Source: Cyanobacteriota bacterium (lineage in GTDB: Bacteria; Cyanobacteriota; Cyanobacteriia; Cyanobacteriales; Nostocaceae). Taken from it: a stretch of 64,000 nt of DNA. The notes under the pieces are model-generated. The model was not told the origin of the DNA. It ran no database searches and saw nothing but the letters and a program-made list of their open reading frames with translations. Positions within the stretch are counted from its first letter, which is position 1, and the number at the start of each line of letters is the position of its first letter. The position numbers and the translations under genes were made by a program. Location: positions 96,001 through 160,000 of the forward strand of contig JBJOKS010000004.1 in NCBI GenBank assembly GCA_046045965.1, given 5' to 3'. Below are positions 9,871 to 18,943 of the stretch, in pieces.

Positions 9871-12390
9871 TTAAGATTCACTAAAATCTTCTTCTAACTT
9901 TTGACAAAGTGCATTTGCTTTATCTTTTTGTAATTCAAAATCTTGCCAAAATAGTTTTTCTTGTTCAAAATTTTCCTCAATAATCCTTAACTGCTGTTCT
10001 AAAGCACGTTCAGCTAAATTAGTAATATCATTAACTGATTCCTCAAAGATGCGACTAACATAATCTAACCTTTGAAGAATCCATTTTAGTAAAATATCCC
10101 ATAAACTGCCTTTTTCTTTTGCAATTCCACTTAACCATTGTTTAGCCATTAAATCTGGAGATGGTAAAAACAATTCCACATATTCAACATCAGCAGTAAT
10201 ATCACGAGTTACTGCTTCTGTATAATTCTGAGTAACTGGCCTGCTTTTAGTTCTACTTTTTGTACTCTTAAAACAAGAACCCTCTTCATAGTATTCTGTG
10301 TAATTTTCATATTCTGTTTTAGTGCGTGTTTCATATTCTGTTTTTTGCCCAACTACCTCTTTTTTCTTAGTTTCATTTTGTTTAATGTTAGCTTCTAAAT
10401 TAAAAAAGTTCTTTGGTAAGGTTGGTAAATTCTGAGATAACTTCTTGCGTAGATCACTGATAGCTGCTTTTTCAAGGTTAATTGAAGATGCAAAAGTTTC
10501 TTCTGATAAACAGATTTTCAATCTTTTAACTTGTTCATCCACTAATGATTCTAAAGCCTGTTCAAAATCTTTAGCTTTTCCTTGGAGAAAAAACTCTGCT
10601 CTTCTTGTTATAGCTTGTCTCATACAGTGATATAACAATCTCACATGACGTTCATCATGTTCAAGTTCTTTTTTACCATTATTATCATCTGCTCTAACAC
10701 TTTTGAATAAATATTCTGATTGTGTAGAAAATTTACTCAGTCGGCGGCTAACATTATCATAAGTTTTGGCAATGTCATCAGCTAATGCAGGTGATGTCAC
10801 TTCCTGAAGTTTATCTCTTAATTCAAAAGCTCCTAAATTATTTTTTAAAGAGTCACGAACTGGAACAACTAGAACTTTAGTTAAGTCACCTTCTACTTCA
10901 TCAACTGCTTTAAAAACTTTATCAAATCCTTCAAATTTAAAACCTTTTTTTTGATAATGTTGTTTAACCTTAATAGGAGCTTGAGGATCATTTGTTTTCA
11001 AAAATCCTATTAATTTCTCAACTTCTGAACTAAACTCTTTGCCTATTTTATTGATATTTGCTTGTAAATCTTGACGAATTTTAGCTATTTTTTCTTTTTC
11101 TAATTCAACCTGTTCCTGATTATAAATTTTTCGAGTTTGAATCAGAACCTCTAATACCTGTGATAAAGCCGAATAATTTTCAAATACTTCTACTAATGCA
11201 GGAAATATTACTAACTTATCAAATGATTCTTCTACTCTGATCTGAAAACGTCGCCATAGTTCCTTACCTCCACTCCATTCTAAAGCATAGAGTAGAATTT
11301 GTAACATAGTTTCATCATTAACAGCAATTCCTTGAGATACCTGTCTTCTAATATCTCGAAACCAGTCCTCTAAATCCCAGTCATTTTCAGTATGTTCTGC
11401 TAAAATATTTGCACAGTCTTTAAACATAAATCTCAACAATTCTAATCTTGTCTTTTGCTTAACTTTTGATGGTTGATTTAAAGCACCAGCACCCCAAGCA
11501 CATTGGGCATAATATAAAAGACGAGCATTAAAAGGTAAAACATCTGGCAGTTCAGGAAGTGATAAAACTTCTTTAATTTCTGCTCTTAACTTATTAATTC
11601 TCACATCCAAAGGTAAATCATCAGCACCACGTTGATCAACTCGATTTAAAATAAAAATCATCGAGTCTGTACGCCCTTGTAAATATTCAACTACCTTTTT
11701 TAATTCTTCTAATAATCGTTTTCTATGACTATCATCAACCTGCATATAGTCCAAAGCAACTAAACTAAAAGCCTTATTAACTTGCTGTTGAATAGTTGCC
11801 AAATTAGTCCGATCTTGTACTGATTTTAAACCAGGTAAATCAATTAATTCTACCCCTATTCCTGGAGGTAAACCTAATAAATTAGGATCACAAGCTGGTA
11901 ATAAACTCACATAAGCTGTTATTTGGGGTGCTACATATTCGCGTTTTTGTCTTGCTTCATGATAGGAGTGCATGACTGAACGAATACGTTGATATAAATC
12001 ATCATCACTTAATCCCGTCCATTCTCCAGTTTCCCAAGCTGCATCTTGGGTTTTTTCAATAATTAATTTTGACTCTGAAGAATGTTTGAGTGTTAAAACT
12101 CCTCCACTCATTTCTCCTGCTTCTATGGGGGCAATTTTTCGCCCTATTAAAGCATTAACTATGGTTGATTTTCCAGAGGATGTTGTACCAATGGTAGCTA
12201 TACGAAAACTGGGATTTTCTAATCTTTCTACTGCTTCTTCAAAAGCATCTAAAAAACCATCTAAAGCTGATTTAATTCCCGGATCTGCAAATACATCAGG
12301 AGAGGAATTAACTAAATTAGCAATTGAGTTACCTAATTCGTTTAATAAAGTGCGAGCGTTGTTTAATTTGGCATCAATATTCATTACCAT
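9871..12390 (-). CDS. Bacterial dynamin-like GTPase
   Basis: G1 GTTSSGKST, G3 DLPG, G4 NRVD, long helical stalk; 839 aa. Confidence 0.9.
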   Translation of the reverse strand: MVMNIDAKLNNARTLLNELGNSIANLVNSSPDVFADPGIKSALDGFLDAFEEAVERLENPSFRIATIGTTSSGKSTIVNALIGRKIAPIEAGEMSGGVLTLKHSSESKLIIEKTQDAAWETGEWTGLSDDDLYQRIRSVMHSYHEARQKREYVAPQITAYVSLLPACDPNLLGLPPGIGVELIDLPGLKSVQDRTNLATIQQQVNKAFSLVALDYMQVDDSHRKRLLEELKKVVEYLQGRTDSMIFILNRVDQRGADDLPLDVRINKLRAEIKEVLSLPELPDVLPFNARLLYYAQCAWGAGALNQPSKVKQKTRLELLRFMFKDCANILAEHTENDWDLEDWFRDIRRQVSQGIAVNDETMLQILLYALEWSGGKELWRRFQIRVEESFDKLVIFPALVEVFENYSALSQVLEVLIQTRKIYNQEQVELEKEKIAKIRQDLQANINKIGKEFSSEVEKLIGFLKTNDPQAPIKVKQHYQKKGFKFEGFDKVFKAVDEVEGDLTKVLVVPVRDSLKNNLGAFELRDKLQEVTSPALADDIAKTYDNVSRRLSKFSTQSEYLFKSVRADDNNGKKELEHDERHVRLLYHCMRQAITRRAEFFLQGKAKDFEQALESLVDEQVKRLKICLSEETFASSINLEKAAISDLRKKLSQNLPTLPKNFFNLEANIKQNETKKKEVVGQKTEYETRTKTEYENYTEYYEEGSCFKSTKSRTKSRPVTQNYTEAVTRDITADVEYVELFLPSPDLMAKQWLSGIAKEKGSLWDILLKWILQRLDYVSRIFEESVNDITNLAERALEQQLRIIEENFEQEKLFWQDFELQKDKANALCQKLEEDFSES

Positions 12391-12727
12391 TGAGTTTACC
12401 TTTTAATAATCTTGGTTGATGAGGTGTAATAAAAAGCAGATTTAGATAATGGTTTAAATCAAGGATGTAAACAGATTAGACTAAAAATATAAGCAAGATT
12501 GAAAACACGGATACGAGTAATACCCTTGCAATACTAAATATCATAACTAGGTTTAAGTGTGATTGTAAATACTTATTTGGTGAATTTTTTGATAATTTTG
12601 TTAAAAGAAATACATAAAGATTAAACTTTTTTAATAATCCAATAATCCAGGGAATAAATTCCCTGTCTAAAAGCTCAAGTCGGTTAAAACTGACTAGAAT
12701 CTAAGGTAATTTACTATTTAACAATCA

Positions 12728-12772
12728 CATCCTGAAAATCCTTAAATCCTGGAAATCCTGATTCAAACAATT
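12728..12772 (+). repeat. 45-bp ATCCT-based dispersed repeat, copy 1
   Basis: 39/45 identical to 13451-13495 by manual alignment. Confidence 0.8.
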
Positions 12773-12819
12773 AATAATTTATAATTAATCTAACTATAAC
12801 TTTTCAAAAGGTAAGAGTT

Positions 12820-13059
12820 ATGAACCGATGGGAAAATTTAGATGCTATAGAAAGACAACCTGATAAAGTAAGTGGTGCATGGGTATTTCGAGGAACAAGA
12901 GTTCCCGTTGCTGCATTATTTGAAAATTTGCGTGATGGTGCAACAGTAGATGAATTTTTGGAATGGTTTCCACCTGTACAAAGATCACAAGTTGATAAAA
13001 TTTGTTCTATTATCAATGCAACTGAGCTTGGTGATTATCAAGAAATTACCATAATCTAA
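12820..13059 (+). CDS. DUF433-family (VapB45-like) antitoxin, possibly with a chimeric C-terminus
   Basis: PDKVSGAWVFRGTRVPVAALFENLRDGATVDEFLEWFP signature. Confidence 0.85.
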   Translation: MNRWENLDAIERQPDKVSGAWVFRGTRVPVAALFENLRDGATVDEFLEWFPPVQRSQVDKICSIINATELGDYQEITII

Positions 13060-13395
13060 AAAGTTAAATTCATTGATAAAATGATGACCTTACCACCACC
13101 ATTACAAACAGAGTTCAACCAGAAGTTAGAACAGCATGAAAAGGAGTTAAATATGCCTTTTATCAGTCCTATTGAAGAAATAGCAGAAGAAAAAGGTGCT
13201 AGAAAAAACAGCCAAAACAATATTATCAAAATCCTCGCCAACAGATTTAATAATGTTCCAGAATTGATGAGCAATTCCATCAAAGAAATCGAAGATATGT
13301 CTATTCTGGAAAATCTACTTTTATCGAGTATTAGTGTTAATTGATTGGAGGAATTGCAAAAGTTAATTGATGCAGAATTACAGCAAAATCAATGA
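13060..13395 (+). pseudogene. C-terminal relic of an Rpn/transposase_31-like protein
   Basis: FIDKMMTLPPPLQ...MPFISPIE...ILANRF; in-frame TGA at 13342-13344 followed by LEELQKLID; no N-terminal nuclease domain. Confidence 0.65.
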
Positions 13396-13399
13396 TATT

Positions 13400-13439
13400 A
13401 GATCCCTGATTTCTTCTATCATGAGGAAGTCAGGGATTT
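13400..13439. repeat. AGATCCCCGACTTC-family palindromic repeat (also 25195-25260 and 53524-53556)
   Basis: Three related hairpins with arms AGATCCCyrACTTC and GAAGTCnGGGATCT. Confidence 0.75.
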
Positions 13440-13450
13440 ATCAAAATCCT

Positions 13451-13495
13451 CATCTTGTAAATCCTTACATCCTGGATATCCTGATTCTGACAATT
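13451..13495 (+). repeat. 45-bp ATCCT-based dispersed repeat, copy 2
   Basis: Direct repeat of 12728-12772. Confidence 0.8.
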
Positions 13496-13661
13496 ATGAT
13501 TGTTCTGAATTATCATCTTCATCAGTCTTTTTCATTCCCTCTTGAAAATTCTTGAGGCTTTTTCCTAAAACTCCCCCCAACTCAGGAATTTTCTTGGGTC
13601 CAAAAATCAAAATTGCTACTATGGCAATGATCACTACTTCCGGCCATCCTAATCCAAACAT
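13494..13661 (-). CDS. tatA: Twin-arginine translocase TatA/E subunit
   Basis: MFGLGWPEV...LIFGPKKIPELG. Confidence 0.93.
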   Translation of the reverse strand: MFGLGWPEVVIIAIVAILIFGPKKIPELGGVLGKSLKNFQEGMKKTDEDDNSEQS

Positions 13662-13723
13662 ATCATCTTCCTCTTGACTCACTTTAGATTAACTATACAA
13701 TTTATTCCGTCCTAATTTGTAAA

Positions 13724-15127
13724 TTACGATTTAATATCATAACTTATTTCTATGCCTAACCAATTACTTAATTCATGAGCCAACCATTCTAATTCAGTTT
13801 CCGACTTAATTACATCTGCATCAACAGTTATTTCAAATTTTTCTACACCTGCGAAAATTACTAATTTTGGTTTAACTTCAACCTTATCTCCTTCACTATC
13901 TATTTTAAAATATTTGGGTGTAAAAAGCAATTTATTAATGTTTTCTTTGGGTGCAGAAGTACGGTTAATTTTCATTCCCCACAGATAATCACTACGGGAT
14001 ATTTGGTTCTGATTTATGCTGATTTTCAAACTACCAAACAGGAGAAAAAATATAAAATATATCATAATAAACCCCACACCCCAGAATGGTAGTAAAAATA
14101 AAGTCAGGATGATATTTAGAGGAAAAGAACCAGCAAGAACACTAGAAGTCCAAAATAAAACGAATGAGTTCCAACCTACTGTAAATGGAATCAACAATAA
14201 GATAATTGGGTGAACGCCCAAAGCCGGAATAGTAATTTCTAAAGATTCATCATTTTTAATTAATTTAATTTTACTACCTGCTGGTTTAGCAATCGTTAAA
14301 TTTGTAATCTCAGTATTTTCTGGTTTTTCTAAAGCTGTGAGTGCTTCTTTTGCAGATGTAAACCGCTTTGCTAAATCTGGTTCTATCATCTTTTTTAACC
14401 AGTTAGTAAAGCTCGGACTAAGATTTGCAACTTGCTCAAATTGTATGCGAAAATCTTTTTGTGGTAAGTCTGCTGGTTGAGTACCTGTGATTAAATAAAT
14501 TAATGTGCATCCTAAACTATACAGGTCAGAAGCAGGAACTGTACGCCCTCCAAATTGTTCTTGTGGCATATAACCATAAGTCCCTACAATAGTTCTTGTA
14601 CCTGTTTCTGCGGCTAAAATGGTTTGCACAGAACCAAAATCTACTAAATAAACTTTTCCCACACTATTGCCAGATCGCTCTCCTAACAAAATATTGCTAG
14701 GCTTAATATCACGGTGGATCACTGGTGGATGTAATTCATGGAGATAAACTAAAATTTCTAAAATGGCTTTAGCTATCTCTTTAACTTCACTTTCTGTAAA
14801 AGTCCTGCCAGTTTGTAGGTATTGTTCTAGGGTTTTGGCGGCAATATAAGATTGAATGAGGGCAAATCCTTGATAATTAGCGGATTTTACCTCAAAATAG
14901 TCGAGATAGTCAGGTATGGATGGGTGGGATAAAGAGTTTAACGTTTCGGCTTCCCGTTCAAACAGTTTGAGATCATCCCATTCAAAGTCACTACCGAAAG
15001 AAAGTAACTTGACAATTACCAAGTCATTGTTTACCACATCACGGGCTAAAAAAGTTCTTCGTCCTGACTTTTTACCTAACTGCTGTTGAACTTCGTACCT
15101 TTGATTTAATACTTCCCTATTCATCAT
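13724..15127 (-). CDS. Membrane-associated Ser/Thr protein kinase
   Basis: HRDIKPSN, DFG and GTYGYMPQE motifs; two C-terminal TM helices. Confidence 0.95.
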   Translation of the reverse strand: MMNREVLNQRYEVQQQLGKKSGRRTFLARDVVNNDLVIVKLLSFGSDFEWDDLKLFEREAETLNSLSHPSIPDYLDYFEVKSANYQGFALIQSYIAAKTLEQYLQTGRTFTESEVKEIAKAILEILVYLHELHPPVIHRDIKPSNILLGERSGNSVGKVYLVDFGSVQTILAAETGTRTIVGTYGYMPQEQFGGRTVPASDLYSLGCTLIYLITGTQPADLPQKDFRIQFEQVANLSPSFTNWLKKMIEPDLAKRFTSAKEALTALEKPENTEITNLTIAKPAGSKIKLIKNDESLEITIPALGVHPIILLLIPFTVGWNSFVLFWTSSVLAGSFPLNIILTLFLLPFWGVGFIMIYFIFFLLFGSLKISINQNQISRSDYLWGMKINRTSAPKENINKLLFTPKYFKIDSEGDKVEVKPKLVIFAGVEKFEITVDADVIKSETELEWLAHELSNWLGIEISYDIKS

Positions 15128-15327
15128 AATCACTTATAGGGTTATGTTGTTAAACTTTCTCTAGTTTATTCTTGTTTACTCACTTTAGCCAGTAGTAAAA
15201 ATTTGCTGTTTGGGGTGTAGGGGAGATATCAAGTCAAAAAACAGGGAACAGGAACAGGGATATAGATATTTTTCTTCTGACTCCTGACTCCTGACTCCTC
15301 CTGATAATTTTTAATTTTTAATTGCTT

Positions 15328-15930
15328 ATGCCTTCTCAACTTTGGCCGTATATTACCCCTGGTATTCCTGATGACTTGTTTGAGAATTTGCCCGGTATAC
15401 CTTTAAGTCAGCGAGAATTAAGATTGTTGTTAATTTCCCAACTGCGACTTAAACCAGACTCGGTTTTGTGGGATATTGGTGCAGGGACAGGTACAATTCC
15501 TGTGGAAGTTGGTCTACTGTGTCCACAAGGAAGGGTTATCGCTGTAGAACGAGATGAAGATGTAGCCAAGTTAATTAAACGTAATTGCGATCGCTTTGAG
15601 GTCAAAAATGTAAAAGTGATCGAAGGTAGCGCCCCAGAGTGTTTACATGATATTCAACCAACTCCTGACCGTGTGTGTATAGAAGGGGGAAAAGCTATCC
15701 AGGACATTTTACAAGCTGTCTGGCTTTATTTACCTTTATCCGGTCGAGTTGTCGCTACAGCTGCTAATCTAGAGAGTCTGTATGCTATTTCCCAAAGCTT
15801 TTCTCACTTAAGAGCTAGAAATATTGAAGTTGTACAGTCTGCGGTTAACCGCTTAGAAACACGTGGTTTTTCTCAAACCTTTGTTGCTGCTGATCCCATT
15901 TTTATTCTCAGTGGTGAGAAACTAGACTAA
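15328..15930 (+). CDS. cbiT: Precorrin-6B C15-methyltransferase (decarboxylating)
   Basis: PGIPDDLF start and WDIGAGTG SAM-binding motif. Confidence 0.93.
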   Translation: MPSQLWPYITPGIPDDLFENLPGIPLSQRELRLLLISQLRLKPDSVLWDIGAGTGTIPVEVGLLCPQGRVIAVERDEDVAKLIKRNCDRFEVKNVKVIEGSAPECLHDIQPTPDRVCIEGGKAIQDILQAVWLYLPLSGRVVATAANLESLYAISQSFSHLRARNIEVVQSAVNRLETRGFSQTFVAADPIFILSGEKLD

Positions 15931-16211
15931 ACAATTAAAAATTAAAAATTAAAAATTAAAAATGATGGCCTGGACATGGGTAAAAGAAGCGAAAGGGTAT
16001 AGGGAAGGGGAAAAATTTCTCTTCCTTGCTATTAGGCTTTTTATGACTCAGCTTTTCCTGAACTTGAGATTGGTAATTTTTGATTTGGGATTGCAGCCAC
16101 AATCTTCAATAAACTGTTACGCTTTCAATTTGTACTCTATTGGTGGTCATGATTTCAACTGTGACTAAATTTCCTCATTTTTAATTTTGCATTGTTAATT
16201 TTTAATTGCTT

Positions 16212-17099
16212 ATGCCTTGGTCTCGAATTATTAGTGGAATTATTGCGATCGCCCTTGCTTTGTCTTCAACCCTTTTGGGGGGTTGGTATTTCACCATAGC
16301 TATTGCGATCGTTGTATTTTTAGGTCAACAAGAATATTTTAATTTAGTTCGAGCCAGAGGCATAGCTCCTGCTGCCAAAACTACCATATTTGTCAGTTTA
16401 ATTTTATTAGCTATTTGTACTCTTGAAAGCAGTTTAGCGGATGCGCTCATGCCTATAGCCGGAACTTTTATTTGTTTTTACCTACTGTTTCAACCTAAAT
16501 TTGCTACCATTGCTGATATTTCCGCTTCTATTATGGGGCTATTTTATGTCGGTTACTTACCAAGTTACTGGGTACGGTTGCGAAATCTCAATAGTACAAA
16601 TATTATTAGCAATCTTCCCTTTGGGGGTTTTTGGCCTAACAACTGGAATGAAATTTTCACCCAGGGAAATGCAGATGCTTTACCACAAGGTTTAACATTG
16701 ACAATTTTAACTTTTTTATGTATTTGGGCTGCTGATATTGGTGCTTATATCTTTGGTAAGTTCTTTGGTAAAACCCCTTTATCAAATATCAGTCCGAAAA
16801 AAACTGTAGAAGGTGCCGTTTTTGGCATCACAGGCAGCGTTATAGTAGCCATAGCCGGAGCTTATTTTCTGCATTTTCCCTACTCTTTAATTACTGGTTT
16901 AACCTTGGGTTTATTGATTGGAATTGCTAGTCTTTTAGGTGATCTAACTGAATCTATGTTAAAACGAGATGCAGGAGTAAAAGACTCAGGACAATTGATC
17001 CCCGGTCACGGTGGTATATTAGATCGCACTGATAGTTATATTTTTACTGCCCCTTTGGTTTACTATTTTGTAACGCTGATTTTACCTTTACTAAGGTAA
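16212..17099 (+). CDS. cdsA: Phosphatidate cytidylyltransferase
   Basis: ISPKKTVEG and KRDAGVKDSGQLIPGHGGILDRTDS. Confidence 0.97.
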   Translation: MPWSRIISGIIAIALALSSTLLGGWYFTIAIAIVVFLGQQEYFNLVRARGIAPAAKTTIFVSLILLAICTLESSLADALMPIAGTFICFYLLFQPKFATIADISASIMGLFYVGYLPSYWVRLRNLNSTNIISNLPFGGFWPNNWNEIFTQGNADALPQGLTLTILTFLCIWAADIGAYIFGKFFGKTPLSNISPKKTVEGAVFGITGSVIVAIAGAYFLHFPYSLITGLTLGLLIGIASLLGDLTESMLKRDAGVKDSGQLIPGHGGILDRTDSYIFTAPLVYYFVTLILPLLR

Positions 17100-17182
17100 T
17101 TGGTAATTGGTAATTGGGTTATGAACCTCCCCTGCTTCCCCTGCTTCCCCAGTAAAGAGTCCCCAGTAAAGAGTCCCCAAAA

Positions 17183-17896
17183 TTAAGGGTTGACGTTGAT
17201 GCGTCCACGACATAATATTTGGCTAGATTCCAAAGTTAATTCTTGGAGATCAACATCTGAACCAAGGTCTAAATGGAATCCAGAATTATTTTCTAAAATT
17301 GGTTCTTGATTATACAGAATTTTAATCTGTGTTAATTGTAGTTCTTGACCGTTGAGCAGTTCTAAACCCAGAGAAATTTTTAGGAATGCGGTTTCACTGT
17401 CAGTAGCTAAAACCCCATACAGTATTAAATGCTGATTGTCAAGTGTGATTTTCTGCCAAGAAATAGGCTTGGATTTTTCCCATGGTTCTGGTAATAGTTT
17501 AACCAGTACATCATTTAAGCCAGTTGATAATAATTCTGATGAGAGGGATTCATTCAGATGCTGTTCTTCTATGATTAATTCAGCAACCACCGGCACTATT
17601 TCCAATAGTCGCAGGGGCTTACCCTTAAGTACAGATCCAATGTTTATCTGTATATTCTCAGCCGTAAGTTGTATGCGTGTAACATGAATACCTTGATAAA
17701 CTGCATTGGTAGCAAAAATAGATACAGAGGGAATGCAACCGGAAAGAAGTTGGCGATCGCTGGCACCAATTTCGATCTCAATCTGAGATACTTGGGTGAG
17801 TTGTGTTTTTAGCCATAGCTTGATTGCGGTGGTGAGAGCTTTAGTAATTAAGCGTATTTTATTACCATTTGCTGCTGGGGAAGTTTTATCTGTCAT
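17183..17896 (-). CDS. DUF2993 (LmeA-like) protein
   Basis: Resembles the conserved cyanobacterial DUF2993 family (QLLSGCIPSV...GKPLRLLE). Confidence 0.75.
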   Translation of the reverse strand: MTDKTSPAANGNKIRLITKALTTAIKLWLKTQLTQVSQIEIEIGASDRQLLSGCIPSVSIFATNAVYQGIHVTRIQLTAENIQINIGSVLKGKPLRLLEIVPVVAELIIEEQHLNESLSSELLSTGLNDVLVKLLPEPWEKSKPISWQKITLDNQHLILYGVLATDSETAFLKISLGLELLNGQELQLTQIKILYNQEPILENNSGFHLDLGSDVDLQELTLESSQILCRGRINVNP

Positions 17897-18026
17897 TTAA
17901 CAACTTTATTGTCTATATTTGCTCAAAAATTCCGAAATCTTAAACTGCTCTTAAATGTAATAGTTATTACTATTAACTAGAAAATGGGAAGATTCAATTT
18001 TGGGTATGAACTCAAGCACAACTCAA

Positions 18027-18111
18027 TACAGCAGGAGTCAGGAGTAAAACAGGCGAATGTGTATAGGTTTCAATTTCGATTCTGTACCTTATTGATGTGC
18101 AATCTACTGTA
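18027..18111 (+). repeat. TAYAGCAG-bounded mini-element containing AGGAGTC heptamers (relatives at 21499-21610 and 28759-28825)
   Basis: Ends TACAGCAG...CTACTGTA; aligns with the reverse complement of 28759-28825 apart from indels. Confidence 0.7.
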
Positions 18112-18151
18112 ATAATAATTCTCAATTGATAAAGGAAGAAGCAATTTATAC

Positions 18152-18916
18152 ATGGAGGCCAGGGTACAAAAAATTATTTCTCAATGGGGTATAGCCTCAC
18201 GTCGTGAAGCGGAAGAAATGATTAAGCAATCACGAGTGCAGATAAATGGGATTTTGGCACATTTAGGTCAAAAAGTCGATCCCCAACGAGACACCATCTC
18301 TATTGATGGTAAACCTGTTTCTCAAGGCGATCGCCCATCTTTAATTTATTTGTTACTGCACAAACCAGTGGGAGTGGTTTCCACCTGTGATGATCCCCAA
18401 GGAAGACTTACTGTTTTGGATCTATTACCCCAAAAATTACAAAAGGGTACTGGTATTCACCCAGTAGGGCGTTTAGATGCAGATTCTACGGGTGCATTAA
18501 TTCTCACAAATGATGGGGACTTGACATTTTCGCTAACTCATCCTAGTCATAATATTTCTAAGACATATCATGTTGTGGTTAAAGGACATCCCCCAGAAGC
18601 AGTTCTGAGGATGTGGCGTGAAGGTGTTGTACTGGAAGGCAGAAAAACACGACCTGCTCAAGTACGCTTGATTGAACGTTTGGCAAACCAAAGCAAATTA
18701 GAAATAATTTTGCAGGAGGGTAGAAATCGCCAGATTCGTCGTGTAGCTGAACAGTTAGGATATCCTGTGATCCAACTTCATCGCACTGCGATTGGTTCAA
18801 TTCAATTACAAACACCAAAAGCTGGACTTCTCGGTGCTGGTGACTATCGTCATCTCACCCCAGAGGAGATTATTTTTTTAAAGAATCAGATAAAGCGGAT
18901 ACCTATTAATGATTAA
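18152..18916 (+). CDS. RsuA/RluB-family rRNA pseudouridine synthase
   Basis: S4 domain, HPVGRLD and EGRNRQIRR. Confidence 0.95.
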   Translation: MEARVQKIISQWGIASRREAEEMIKQSRVQINGILAHLGQKVDPQRDTISIDGKPVSQGDRPSLIYLLLHKPVGVVSTCDDPQGRLTVLDLLPQKLQKGTGIHPVGRLDADSTGALILTNDGDLTFSLTHPSHNISKTYHVVVKGHPPEAVLRMWREGVVLEGRKTRPAQVRLIERLANQSKLEIILQEGRNRQIRRVAEQLGYPVIQLHRTAIGSIQLQTPKAGLLGAGDYRHLTPEEIIFLKNQIKRIPIND

Positions 18917-18943
18917 GTGGAGTTAAGGAGTTTAATACAAATT

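Noticed and set aside
15962..16168. 68-aa ORF between cbiT and cdsA
   Set aside because: Bounded by AATTAAA repeats, no RBS or family resemblance; probably non-coding.
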